Shown here: piece after piece, positions 51,255 to 63,703 of the stretch
How positions within the stretch are numbered: the stretch's first letter is position 1
How the letters are laid out: the number at the start of each line of letters is the position of its first letter
Translations under genes and position numbers: made by a program
Notes under the pieces: generated by a model
The model's database searches: none
What the model saw: the letters and a program-made list of their open reading frames with translations, nothing else
Told to the model about the DNA's origin: nothing
Source of the DNA: Octopus vulgaris
Lineage: Eukaryota
Assembly: GCA_951406725.2 (NCBI GenBank)
Contig: OX597816.1
Coordinates: forward strand, 132,556,001 to 132,620,000
DNA length: 64,000 nucleotides
Direction: 5' to 3'

Positions 51255-52700
51255 CTCTATGTCATCTACCCCCATGCTCTTATATGCAATATTGTTGTCT
51301 ACCCCCTTGCTCTTAAATACAATGTTGTTATCTTCACCCCACCCCTGCTCTTATATACAATATTGTCATCTACCCTCTGCTCTTATATACAATATTGTTA
51401 TCTACCCCCTTGCTATTATATGCAATATTGTCATCTACCCTCTGCTCTTATATACAATATTGTTATCTACCCCCTTGCTATTATATGCAATATTGTCATC
51501 TACCCTCTGCTCTTATATACAATATTGTTATCTACCCCCATGATCTTATATGCAATATTGTCATCTACCTTCTGCTCTTATATACAATATTATTATCTAC
51601 CTCCATGTTCTTGTATACAATATTGTTATCTACCCCCTTGCTATTATATGCAATATTGTCATCTACCCTCTACTCTTATATACAATATTGTTATCTACCC
51701 CCTTGCTATTATATGCAATATTGTCATCTACCCTCTGCTCTTATATACAATATTGTTATCTACCCCCATGATCTTATATGCGATATTGTCATCTACCTCC
51801 TGCTCTTATATACAATATTATTATCTACCTCCATGTTCTTGTATACAATATTATTATCGATCGCCTCTTCTCTTATATGCAATATTGTTATTTACACCCT
51901 ACCCCTGCTCTTATATGCAATATTGTTATCTACCCCCTGCTTTTATATACAATAGTGTTAATCTACCTCCTTGCTCTTATATGCAATATTGTCGTCTACC
52001 CCATGTTACTATATGCATTATTGTTATCCCCCCCCCCCGCTCTTATATGCAATATTGTTATCTACCTCTATCTCTAATGTGCAATATTGTCATTTACCCC
52101 TTGCTCTTATATGCAATATTGATATCTACCCCATATTACTATATGTAATATTGTTACCTACCCCCTTGCTCTTATATGCAATATTATCATGTACCCTATG
52201 TTACTATATGCAATATTGTTATCTATCCCCCATCTCTTATATGCAATATTGTTGTCTTCTCTCATGCCCTCATATGCAATATTGTTACCTACTCCTGTGC
52301 TCTTATATGCATAATTGTTATCTACCCCTATCTTATTGTATACAATATTGTTATCTGCTCCCACATTATTATATGCAATATTGTTGTCCACCTTCCTGCT
52401 CTTATATGCAATACTGTCATCTACTCCCATATGGACCACTATTCTCTTACCTGTAGTATATCTGCTGCCTACGTGTTACTGGATGTAATATGTCATAGCC
52501 TCCCTGTTATCATACACATAACATTGTTATCTACAAGCAATGCAATATTGTAAACCATTTGCCAACTGTTTATATGTAATATGTTATCTGCTCCCATTTT
52601 ACTGTAGTATCATCCATCTCCATGTTACTACATGTAATATGTCATCTATTCCCATGCTACTATTTGCAATATCATCTATCTCTATATTACCACATGTATA
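51255..52700. repeat. Minisatellite, 32-33 bp unit (tgctcttatatRcaatattgtYatctaccccY), 228-bp higher-order repeat in the core
   Basis: Variant tgatcttata recurs at 51541 and 51769; units alternate between two types; both ends degenerate. Confidence 0.97.
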
Positions 52701-54114
52701 TCATCTGCCACTACTGGATGTAGTGCATCCTCTGTCAGCAAACTATTTCATGTGCCCTTTATCTCCCCATAGACAGATGATTGTTATATCATATATTTAT
52801 ACGTTACTAGATGTAGCTATATGTTGGATGTATAACCATGGCTATTGTCAGTGACATTCAGGAACAAATATAAATGTTTTGAGCTTAATTTTGAAACTTA
52901 CATCTACCCCTATCCTGCACACTTCTACATGTAAATTAGAGATGGACATTAATATTAGACCTGTCAATCCCCAGATGGTACATCAACCTTATTGATTTCT
53001 TTGTGGTTATACATTTGAAAATATCCTGAATATTCATTACTGCTGCTTGCTATGTATACATTAGCATTGCAACTACTTTTATTTAGTCCATAATTTGCTT
53101 TTGTTGTTTCTTATTTTCACAGTTTTCTATTATATATACTTACACACACGCATGTGTGTATATATAGATATATATAGTATTAGCAAAAAAGCTGGTAAAA
53201 TTATGTTTAATTCCTTCCCTCATCTTGCAACTATTTCCTGTTAACCTTTTGGCATTGCTTGAATCAGTACTAAAGTACAATTCCAATATCACTTATATTA
53301 CTAATACAGTCTACTAAATTATTCACTGTAGCTTGTTGCCAAATTCTTCTAATAAACATTTTCCTATTTAACACAATGTAGGTATGTCTATTTGTATATT
53401 TAGACTAACACCTAGAAAGAGTGCCAGCATATTAAAACACAACACATCTACTTCTACAACAAGCAGCTGAGGGAACCTCTACATGGTGATTTAATCTGCT
53501 AGAAATAGGTACCATATTTCCCTCAAAATGAATCCATCTTAAAGAAAAAATGAAGAATAGACACCTGAGATAAAGCAGTCTTAGAAATACCTATAAAGGT
53601 GGTCAAAGCTGGAATCCCTTTAATCACAGATTTGCTCATTCAGGTGTGACATTGTGCTAAACAACAATAGCAAATGCATGAGCCAGTGAGGAAGTCACTA
53701 CACAGTCACTCAACCTGTTAGAAACTGCAACTAAACCCTCAAAATACATCCTGCTATCTTAAAAAAAAAAGAATACATTGGATAAAATAGTCCTAGATAC
53801 TGTATTTCTGGAAGAATAAAAAATACAGTTTGGCCATTTTTGGAATGCTTTTGATCATAGGGCTGCATAGGTACAGCTGACCTGAATTTTACAATGGAAA
53901 GTCAGTTATATTCTTATAGTAAAATTATAGACACAATAATATTTGTTTCATTTATTTCTTTAAAAATATGGAGCTAAAATCTACGTATAATGGAAGAACA
54001 AAATAATACTCTTCCATAATTCTTTCATATAGACACATACATATACTTATAAGTTTTAACTTTGATTAAAAAATTCTAGAATATTTAGTATTCTATCAGT
54101 GTAGCACTTATTAC

Positions 54115-54344
54115 TGGGGCCGGTTTTTAGGCAATGAGACAGCTTTTTTCAAATTGGGCTGTCTCAAGAGAGGGCCCTGCACTCATGCTCAAGTGGAGGA
54201 CACTATGATGTAATTTTAGTATATCGTTGTGGCCTCAAGCCCTCAATGCTTTTTGGCTGGGATTGGTATATTACACAACGCATAAAATATCAATCTTCAG
54301 CTTTTGTAGAGTAGAGGGCCCCGCACTTCCTAGCACTGGCCCTG
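54115..54344. mobile_element. hAT-type MITE (230 bp)
   Basis: 8-bp target duplication cttattac (54107-54114 and 54345-54352); imperfect TIR tggggccggt..tagg / ccta..actggccctg. Confidence 0.8.
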
Positions 54345-54609
54345 CTTATTACTTACTGTTAGTATTAAATTTTGTAATGGTTGAATGTCAATTATCATTA
54401 GTATACTAATAAGCTAATGTACACACATTTCAAGCTTTAACTATGTTAGTTTTATTGTTCTTTAAATAGCCAATTAAATAAACTAACAAGTTTGTTAATT
54501 ATATTGCTTATTATGAGAAAAATATATTGCACATTACCTGTATCCTTTTGCCAAACTGTCTAGAATTAAGCATTTAATAACTAATTTGATTAATAATCCT
54601 TATTTTCAG

Positions 54610-54835
54610 ACACTGCTCACAGCTTGTTTGGTCAAGCCACTTCTTTAGTATGTCACCAATTAATGTCTTCTTGGAAGACTGATCTGAACACAGCACTGGC
54701 AGCAATGGAACTTTTATCAGGTCTTGCTAAAGTTCGAGTGAAACCACCCAATGAAGGAATGAGCAAGCGAACAGTGAAGTGGATATGTGATTTTATTATG
54801 TATCAGTGTAGCCGACCACCAACAGCACATTCAAG
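54610..54835 (+). CDS. RALGAPB: RALGAPB exon (DTAHSLFGQA...ELLSGLAKV...QCSRPPTAHSR), 226 nt, phase 1-2
   Basis: tttcAG acceptor, GTGAGT donor; LAAMELLSGLAKV and YQCSRP motifs. Confidence 0.95.
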
Positions 54836-56832
54836 GTGAGTGAAATGTAATGCTACTTGTTCTCCTCAAGTAAATTGTTTTAACATCATTCTTGTTTTCA
54901 GTGTCCACTTTTCTATGCTTGCATGGGTTGGACAGATTTTATTAAGGGAAGCAGAGTTTCTATGGTTGGATGTCCTTACTGTCTCCAACTTATTTTCGCA
55001 GGGCCAGACTTGCTCTCATAGAATATTTGAAATGAAGGATACTGCTTGTATGACTGACACACTTTTACAACTATCATGTGATGTGAAGACAAGGACACAC
55101 ACACACACATATTATGTCAGGCTTTTTTTCAGTTTCCAGCTACCAAATCCACTCACAAATCAGTGCAGCCAGTATCATCAATTTTTATGTTGTTGTTTAC
55201 GCCCATGTCTTTCAACACACCCCACTCTTAAACATTCTGTCTTTTAAAAGATGTTTGGGACTACATTATCTACTGTGTCTTTCCTTCTTTAAGGCCATGT
55301 GATGTGCTTTGATAGACATTTGACTGCTTTCTCTAGCAGGTGAAGCAACTATGTCGAGGCTGTGTTGTTGGCTTTGGCATTTTTATATTCCACATCAGCA
55401 ACATTTTAGCACTAACTATCTAAATGAAAAGCTTTCTCAAGATAGATACTGCTGTTTGTGGCCTTCAATAATATAGGTACCTTAAGTAAGATATATAGAA
55501 TGCTGCTCTGAACCAATACTGCTTCTGCTGCAAATGACAAATTGAGGAAATTGTATTTTAGTGTCGTTTTGACCAAGTTAATTCAAGTTAAGACTACATT
55601 TATATAAAGCTTATTTAGATATCCATAAAGAAAATACACTTCTTTAAATTTGAGGCTAAAATCTTGATATGTCAGTAGACTTGTAATTTGAACCTCGTTA
55701 ATTGAACCAGATATATAATGAAGTTTCTGAAGTACTGTTGATGTTGAAACAACTTACATAAACATTGTTCATTCCCATTTGACTTCTTTATTAGAATGGG
55801 CAAGTCCTGCGACACAAGACTGTTAAGCCATTAGAAAAATGATTTTTTTCTGAATCATTAAAATATCAGGATTAATTCATTTAACTAATATCACAATGCA
55901 GAATTAGTCTTGCTTATGACTGATTAAAGAGAAAACAAATTCGTTAGGATACCTTTGTTGAATAACAATATTGTGTGAAGAAAACTAATTTTTAAGTGCC
56001 ACATAATTCTGAGCTTCAATAGTTTCAGCAACTCCAGCTTTGTGTGGCATCTAACAGATCAAATCTTGTGAACAACTGTTGTTAACTGAATAGTCTTGTT
56101 CATCACTGAACTATTCGTTGATATAGGAAAATGGAAATTATTTTTTATTGGTTTGGCCTGAAGGCCTTCACAGCTCCTTTGAGACCAGTGAGTTTGACAT
56201 AATGTTTCTCTTGAATAATTGCAAATTGATGATTGCTGGAAAAACATGAACTGGGAGAAAATTCTAGAAGGCTGATGTACTGGGAAGGAAGCACTGGGTG
56301 GGTGTAAAAATGGCTGATGCAGAACCAGATGGTGGTGGCAGTGACAGCAGAAAAACTGGACACCGAGTGAGGAGAAAATGGGAGACAAATGTGATGAGAG
56401 TATCCTAGTAAAGGCTGCACAAAACCAGTCAGTTCTAGGGACTGGGCAACACAGTTACAGCTATAGAAAAAGCAGAAAGAGGAAACAGCACTTTTATGAA
56501 CCAGAAGTTGGAGAATGTTCATGAGTGACTTTGTGTGAAGCAGTAAAGAAATGTGATTAATATTCTGATCTACTTGACCATTTCAAATCATATAACCATT
56601 TTGTTATGTTTATGAACAAGGTACATAAGTGTGTCGAAACTTCCACCCTTACTTCATAGTTGTAGTTTGTGATATGAAGGCCATCCAGCTATCTGTAATA
56701 GCAATTGCTCTAAAGAAATATTAAAAAAAAAAATTTTATCTTAGCAAATATGGAAAAGTGTGTAGGGTTGGGGTACACCATAATATTGACAAATATCACT
56801 TGTCATTAAAATATCTCCATTTATATTTTCAG

Positions 56833-56974
56833 AGACCTTCACTCTAGAATTGTTGCAGCTTTCAAGTGCCTGAAGCTGTGGCTTGTTGAGCATAGTAGCC
56901 TGCTGTATGATAAAGAATGTCTACATAATGTCCTCGAAGTTGTGGAGCTTGGTATTTCTGGTTCTAAATCTCAG
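56833..56974 (+). CDS. RALGAPB: RALGAPB exon ([20 protein letters not shown]...[15 protein letters not shown]), 142 nt, phase 2-0
   Basis: tttcAG acceptor, CAG|GTAAAG donor; DLHSxIVAAFxCL and ELGISGSKS motifs. Confidence 0.95.
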
Positions 56975-58981
56975 GTAAAGTTTTACATATGCATCTTTGA
57001 CTGTCTCTCTTTATTAAACAGCTACTTATACTGATACATGTATTTTTTAAGAAGTAATATGACTGTGCTATGTTCTTCAGTTTGAATCACTGCTGCTTTG
57101 GAAAAATCTTTTGATATTTATCTACAAAACAATTGGGATTTTAATATTGCTTCTTTCTAGGGCAGTGGAATGGTACAATCAGCAGAGTGGCAGATAAAAT
57201 AATGCCTTACAATCTTTAGTACATCCTTTTATGTTCAAAGTTCAAATTCTGTTGTAGTGGATTTTGCATTTACTTTTCATCTTTCCAAAGTTGACAAAAT
57301 AAAGTACCATAAAGTACAGAGGTTTATATATTCAAACCTACCCTTTCCTCAAAATGTGTGGCTTTGTGCCTATACTAGAAATCACTAATACTTCTTTTCT
57401 AATGAATTAGTTGTTTATTGATGTCAACATTGTAAAGCAAAACAAATTCTTTAAACATTTGCATTACGTTCTTATTTTTTTTTACTTATTTTTTCCTTAT
57501 TTGTTAAAACATTTTTTTTTATTGTTGATCCTCAAAACTAAACTCTGAGGGCTTATACTAATATTTTTATTTCTGTTACTGAACTGTAACATCGTATAGG
57601 TAATTTAGTATTTTCCAATCAATGTAATTTTACTGCTGAGCAATATAGCGAATATATAGTAAATATTAGTGGAGTTAAAAACTGAAGACAAATTGTTGGA
57701 TATTTGACTTCCTGTTCAGTCATTCTTACATCAAAAAGGACACTTCATTTGAAATGCATCACTTAACTATGAGAAATAGACAGCAGAGGCTGGTAGTTCA
57801 TTTCTCATCCATTTAACATGACTGAAGACACATGAGTGGAACATGGCCTTCCAACCCATCTGGGGTAACTCCAAATATGAACTACTTCTATCACCAGTAT
57901 GGAAAACATAGAATAAAGATGATGATGACATTGATTCCAGCCTTCTTGTGACCACTTTTGGTTCTGTGTTACAAAATTGTCTATTTTAAAGTGTTTATAT
58001 TTAAACTAAAACTTAACCTTGTAATTTTATGTAAGAAGCTATATTCCAAACACCAGCTTAATAAAGAATAATTTACTTACTTTATTTTACTAAACCTTTC
58101 CAAATCGTTGATTTCAAAATTGAAGGAAACAGACAAGCAATGTGCTCTTTTTGAAATGACTTACAAATTGGTTCTATGTGTTTCTGTGGTTTGTGAAGGC
58201 ATTTATCATTCTTTTTCCTATATATATATATATATATATATATCTGAGTGGTTGATCAGCTAGATAACAAAGTCATAATCTTTAATCAACACTCTCAAAA
58301 ATGATTGCACAGGACATAATACTCATATTATTTTATTTTCTTTCATTTAGCCTGCTAATACTTGGGTATAACTGTAACCACCCATTTTAGTTGTTGGGAT
58401 TAAAGCTTGAATGTCTGTAAAATGATAGCTGTAAATAGAATATGGGCAGAGAGGGAATTCCAGAGGTTTGTAGTTCTTGGAAGAACTGATTAAGTATGCA
58501 GTATGGGTTTTGGTGACAAGGATGAGACACAGTAAGGAGATTTCATGATAAACTTCTTTATCAGCTTTAAAATGGGAGCAGCCTGTTTTAACTTCTCCCT
58601 AAACATATTTTTTTACTTTTGCGTTCCAATTATCAATTATTCTTGCTGTTGTAGCTTATATTGTATTTAGATGAAATCTCCATTTCTGGAAAGCCTTCAA
58701 CCAATGAAGCAGCTTTAGAACCTGTAAGTATGGAGTGCTGCTGTCAATAATAACATTGCTTCAACCAAACCTGTTCTTCTGTTCAACCCTGTTTACAAAT
58801 TGTGTTACGGTTTTTTCTTTTTTTTTCTTCTTCATTGAGTTAAAAATGCACCCAACCTCACTTTCACTTTACCTTTTTTTTTCATTTTATTAATTCTGTT
58901 TTTGTTTCTTTTGTTTTTATTATTCCATTTCAAAAAACATATCATCATCACCTGTGTTTGTATTTCATTATTGAATTTCAG

Positions 58982-59053
58982 GATAAAGAGGATGACTCAC
59001 AGACAGTAAAAAGTAAAGTAGAGAAGGAGTCCAAATCTTCTTCGGCACTGAAG
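58982..59053 (+). CDS. RALGAPB: Candidate RALGAPB exon (DKEDDSQTVKSKVEKESKSSSALK), 72 nt, phase 0-0
   Basis: Very long upstream pyrimidine tract, tttcAG acceptor, AAG|GTAGTC (weak) donor, purine-rich open frame in the phase left by exon 56974. Confidence 0.65.
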
Positions 59054-61231
59054 GTAGTCTCAGCTGGTTTTCTTGACACTGATTCTCAATTTCCAGCTAT
59101 TTTACTACGCCTGCACTTTTTATAACAATCTACGTCTATATGTGTGCCTGTAATTTGTAAATATGTGTACAGAAGATGGTGTAACTACATACACATATTC
59201 TCTTGTATAATTACATGCACATACATTCACACACTCATCTACAAATAGGCAGTTTTAGATTTTGTGTTAGATATTATTATAAATAAGTGTGCTTTTCTAC
59301 AATTTTGGTCAACCGGTCTTTGCTTACTTACAACAGTTCTGTTTCTAATCTTTTATCGCAACCCTTTCCTACATGGTGTTTATGATTTTCAGATGTTGGT
59401 TTTAGTAATAGATGAAAGACCTTCATGAAATATTTGATGTTTTCATTTCAAAGAAACAAAACAATAACAACAATCTTTTCATTTGTTTCCATACCATATT
59501 CATTTTGTAATTTTTTGTTTCTCTCCATATAAGCTTCCTGTATATGATAGGATATACCATATTTTAGGTGTAGATTTATATTTTTAGAGACTACTGTATA
59601 CAGATGTCAGTCATTTGTTTTCTTTAAAATTACTTTCATTTCACCTTTCAAACTCATAATACACTTCAAAAATTGGAAACAAATAATGATAATTTTTATT
59701 TAGACTTCCAATATATTGGAAACTATTACCTAATTATACTGATGTGATAGATAGAGAAAGCAATATTACCAACAGTTTTTTGCAGTTTAATATTGCTAGG
59801 TTGTTACATAGCTTCCTGCTAGTATTTAGATGCTTTTCTCTAATCGCTTTCTATTTAAAATATAAGCCTATCTTGCTATTTATTGCTTAACTTCAATATT
59901 TCCAGTTTTATTTGACAGCTGTTGAAATATTGAATTAGATGATAGCTTTGCAGTGAATGAAATCACCATAGCAGTAATATATTGCTGTTCTAGAAGTAAC
60001 CAAACATGGTAATAAAAGTATATAAAGTATTTAACAGAGTCCCAAGCATGCAGCTGGCATAATATCCAGAATTACTTTATCTATGCACAAACACACAAAA
60101 CAATGGGCATTGTTTTTCAGCTCATAAAGAAAAGATAGAGGGTGAAACTAAAATTTATTTTAAAGTATGCTGAAGTGAAGTTCCAGCTAATATTAGAGAC
60201 ATAATATTTTTGAACATTTACAAGGGCAGGTTTCATAAAATATAATAGGTCTATATTTCCTTCACTCAATGATGAAGAAAACTGAATATGAGAGTAGCAA
60301 CAGAAAATATACTGTAGATCTATATATTAGCTCATATTACAACCAAAATCATATAATAAATATGTGTATAGGTGTATGTGTGTACTTGTGTATATATTTA
60401 GTCGTGTATTATTTTTCTAATTTTGAAGATATTTTAAATTAGGAACTGAGGCTTTTTAAAAAAATTTTTCAAGATAGTTGATAACATAATTTATCTGGGT
60501 TGATATCTCTTAAAAGAAATTAACTATGTCATGTTATTGGAAACTTAAAAGGTTCAGCAATCTACAATCATTATTCTGCTTGTCATAACATATGTTATGC
60601 TTTAAACAACTTCAACTGCAGAAGCAATCAAAGACATAACTCAAATTTTTATATAATGAAACATTTTAATGAAAATGATAAATTCATGAATCAGAATAGA
60701 ATTTAAAAATACTTATAAAACTTATAATTGCCATGGGCCCTGCTAGTTTGTATAATTGCATAAAATTTCCACCCTATAGGTTTCACATTCATTATTGTAT
60801 GTATATTACCACACCAAGTTGTCTAGAGAATCTGCTTGTTGTCTCTACTGTGTTGTTATATACACATAATATCATCTTTAACACTCTCTTTTTTTTTTGT
60901 ACCAGTGTTTGTGCATAATTTTAAATTGTTGTGTTCTGACTAAGAAATTTATTGCTTTCCAACTAATAATTTTGCATGCTTTCTTGATGTCTGTAAAGAT
61001 ATCCTTTCTTTGAGTCACAATGTTTTACAAAACATCCCTCAGATGACAAAGCTGAAGGGAACACATTCGAACATGAACACAAACGTTGCTACAATTGAAC
61101 TAATTCTTTTTAAAGCACCTTGTACAAGAGATAATTTACTTCACAGCTTTACAAGCATCTAAAAAAGAAGGAAAAGAAAAATGAATTGATGCATGCCATC
61201 AAAACATTTTCCCCCAATGTGTGTGTGTGTG

Positions 61232-61279
61232 ATGAAAGTTAGCACAACCACTGGCGCCAGTGGTTGTGCTAACTTTCAT
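61232..61279. repeat. Perfect spacerless 48-bp palindrome
   Basis: atgaaagttagcacaaccactggc followed by its exact reverse complement gccagtggttgtgctaactttcat. Confidence 0.98.
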
Positions 61280-61359
61280 TGGAAACATTTTTTATGTGGC
61301 TGAAACCCAGCGGATCTATTTTTAGTGCTAGAGTAGACCACATGGTGGTTACTCTCTTA

Positions 61360-61414
<55 letters not shown>

Positions 61415-61520
61415 ATGTACATGTATACCATATTTTAGGAGGTTTTTTCCCTCTTCAACAGCACCCATCTATATATGTGTGTGTATATAAAATGTGTATA
61501 TATATGTGTGTGTATGCATG

Positions 61521-61551
<31 letters not shown>

Positions 61552-61913
61552 ATATATATGCATACGTATGTGTGTGTATTTCATCATCATTATCGATGAT
61601 GATGATGTGTGTGTGTGTATATATATATATATGTAAACATTCTTGATTGCACATACATAGTGTATATGTTTTGATATTCACTAATTTCACTGTGGGATAG
61701 CATCTAGGAAGAGACTCCCTAGTATGCTGGGTGTTAAAATACCTGAAAGTCATAGACTAGGTGAGACAATTCATGTCAGATCGAATCAAGAATGATGGAT
61801 ATCAATATTTTGCTATTATTGTGGCTTATCAATACCATGCACTTAGTTTGAATCATATATGTACATGTATATGTGCATATGAGTGTGTGTATATATATCT
61901 GTATATGTATGTA

Positions 61914-62538
61914 TGAGGGGAAGTCAAAAATTATCTGCACTTTTGCCATATCTTTATTATTGTCACACTGCCTTCTGCATATTTGTATTTATAGTTGGTG
62001 CTATTGTGGTCACACCATTTTTCTTTCTGGCTTTACAGTGTAAGCATGGCCACTCCACTAGCAATGTGTACCAAAGAAAGGCAAAGAGCAGTGATCCAAG
62101 AGATGGTAATGGTGAACCGGTTCACCATTACCAGCTCTCAAACTTGCTGAATTTTCTTTTCACTGGTGGAGGTTGATGGGCGTCCTGTCCCCTCTTAATG
62201 CATCACACTTGTCCAGTCACTTTTAAACTTCTTGATCCACCACACAGTAGTGCACTATCCCTTTATTGTACTAAAAGCCTCCGATTAATTTCAGCACCTG
62301 ACACACCTTTTGACCAGAGAAATCGGATCACTGCTCTTTGTTTTTCTTTGGTGCACATTGCTAGTGGAGCAACCATACTTATGCTGTAAAGCCAGAAAGA
62401 AAAATGGAACAATCTGGCTAAAACTTTGATCACATGACTGCAATAGTACCAACTATAAGCACTCATGCACAGACGACATTGTGACAATAGTAAAGATACA
62501 TTATGGTGAAAGGGCAGATAATTCTTTACCTTCCCTTG
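61914..62538. mobile_element. Mariner-derived foldback element made of two 5' ends
   Basis: TA flanks, ~190-bp inverted arms. Both strands begin a transposase N-terminus: + MATPLAMCTKERQRAVI, - MVAPLAMCTKEKQRAVIRFLWSKGVS. Confidence 0.88.
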
Positions 62539-62773
62539 TACATGTGTTTGTGAGTATATGTCTATATATTTATGTGTAGGTGGGTGTACGGCTGCATGCT
62601 TAGGAAACTTGCTTCCCATCCTCATAGTTTTGGGTTCAATCCTACTGCACGGTACCTTGGGCAAGTATCTTCTACAATCACTTTGGGCAGACCAAAGCCT
62701 TTTAAGTGGACTTGATTGATGGAAACTGAAAGAAACCTGCTGTGTGTGAGTGTATGTGTTTTTATATGTGTAC

Positions 62774-62807
<34 letters not shown>

Positions 62808-63703
62808 CTGAAGTTTGATAAATAAGTATCCGGACTGTTACCATAGTAACAAAGCTAAAGCACACAGAGTGAAACCGCTTGGCAAAGATTGACCTTGAAC
62901 TCTGCTGTGCATGTGCACTAAGTTTTAACATTCTAGCTCACTTCCACTGTTTACAGCAGTACTTGGAAGGAAGGTGTGTTGCATGTGAATATCGCATTGG
63001 CCATGACAAAGAAAGCTGTCATGGTGATACCTGCTCAGAGGCCTACGCAAAGTTGCAGAAAGTGTATGGAGACGAGTGTATTAACTGTGCGCAAGTGTAC
63101 GAGTGGTTCAGATGTTTCCAAAATGGCTGAAAAAATGTCAATATTGACAAATGTTCTGGGAGACCTGCAACCAGCAGAACTGAGAAAAATGCTGCAGATG
63201 TGCATGCAGCTGTGAGGGGAAATTGTCTAATCACCATCCATGAGTTATCAGAGTATGTGCAGATTAGTTATGGTTCAGTTCAGTCCATTATCACTGAAGA
63301 TTTGCATATGAGACATGTGTCTGCCAAGTTTGTGCCAAAACTGCTTTTAGCTGACCAAAAAGACACTCTTGTTTCAGTTGCACAAGATCTCCTTGATTAT
63401 GTTGAGAATGATGAAAACTTTTTGAAAACTTTGCATAAGCCTCTAGGCAGATATCGCCAAGCTTTTGGCAACATTTGATGCAGATTCTCTGCTCAACTTT
63501 CTCTGTCATGGTCAATGCAATGATCACACGCTACACACCTTCCTTCCAAGTACTGCTGTAAACAGCAGAAATGAGCTAGAACATTAAAACTTAGTGTGCA
63601 TGCACAACAGAGTTCAAGGTCAGTCTGTGCCAAGCGGCTTCACTTTGCATGCTTTAGCTTTGTTACTATGGCAACAATCCGGATACTTATTGATCAGACC
63701 ACG
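62808..63703. mobile_element. Second mariner-derived foldback element made of two 5' ends
   Basis: ~240-bp inverted arms (ataagtatccgga / tccggatacttat). + strand HTH region ..QVYEWFRCF..ITIHELS..SAKFVPKLL; - strand MTEKVEQRICIKCCQKLG. No catalytic domain. Confidence 0.9.

Larger units (their letters stand above)
28654..59053 (+). other. RALGAPB: Span of identifiable RALGAPB exons (gene incomplete at both window ends; candidate microexon further upstream at 9032)
   Basis: Exons join in one frame with GT-AG boundaries and matching phases. The peptide follows vertebrate RalGAP-beta as I recall it (CFPxPxxWKT, LIPPEM..CxAQxWFRFLH, NSILNLFGxWLF, [14 protein letters not shown], ETDxxNTQMxLG, ELLSGLAKV, QCSRP..HSRDLHS, [13 protein letters not shown]). 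Confidence 0.95.

Noticed and set aside
51255-52450. CRISPR-like regular repeats
   Set aside because: Contiguous tandem units without unique spacers, eukaryotic context, no cas genes.
51192-52553. Long ORFs (up to 318 aa) rich in Cys/Tyr/Leu/Pro
   Set aside because: Translation of a stop-free minisatellite in all three frames; no splice or homology support.
61043-61084. 42-nt in-frame cassette (MTKLKGTHSNMNTN) after ccctcAG
   Set aside because: Donor GTTGCT is very poor.
62263-62931. 222-aa minus-strand ORF
   Set aside because: Chance read-through across a mariner arm, microsatellite, SINE and a second mariner start.
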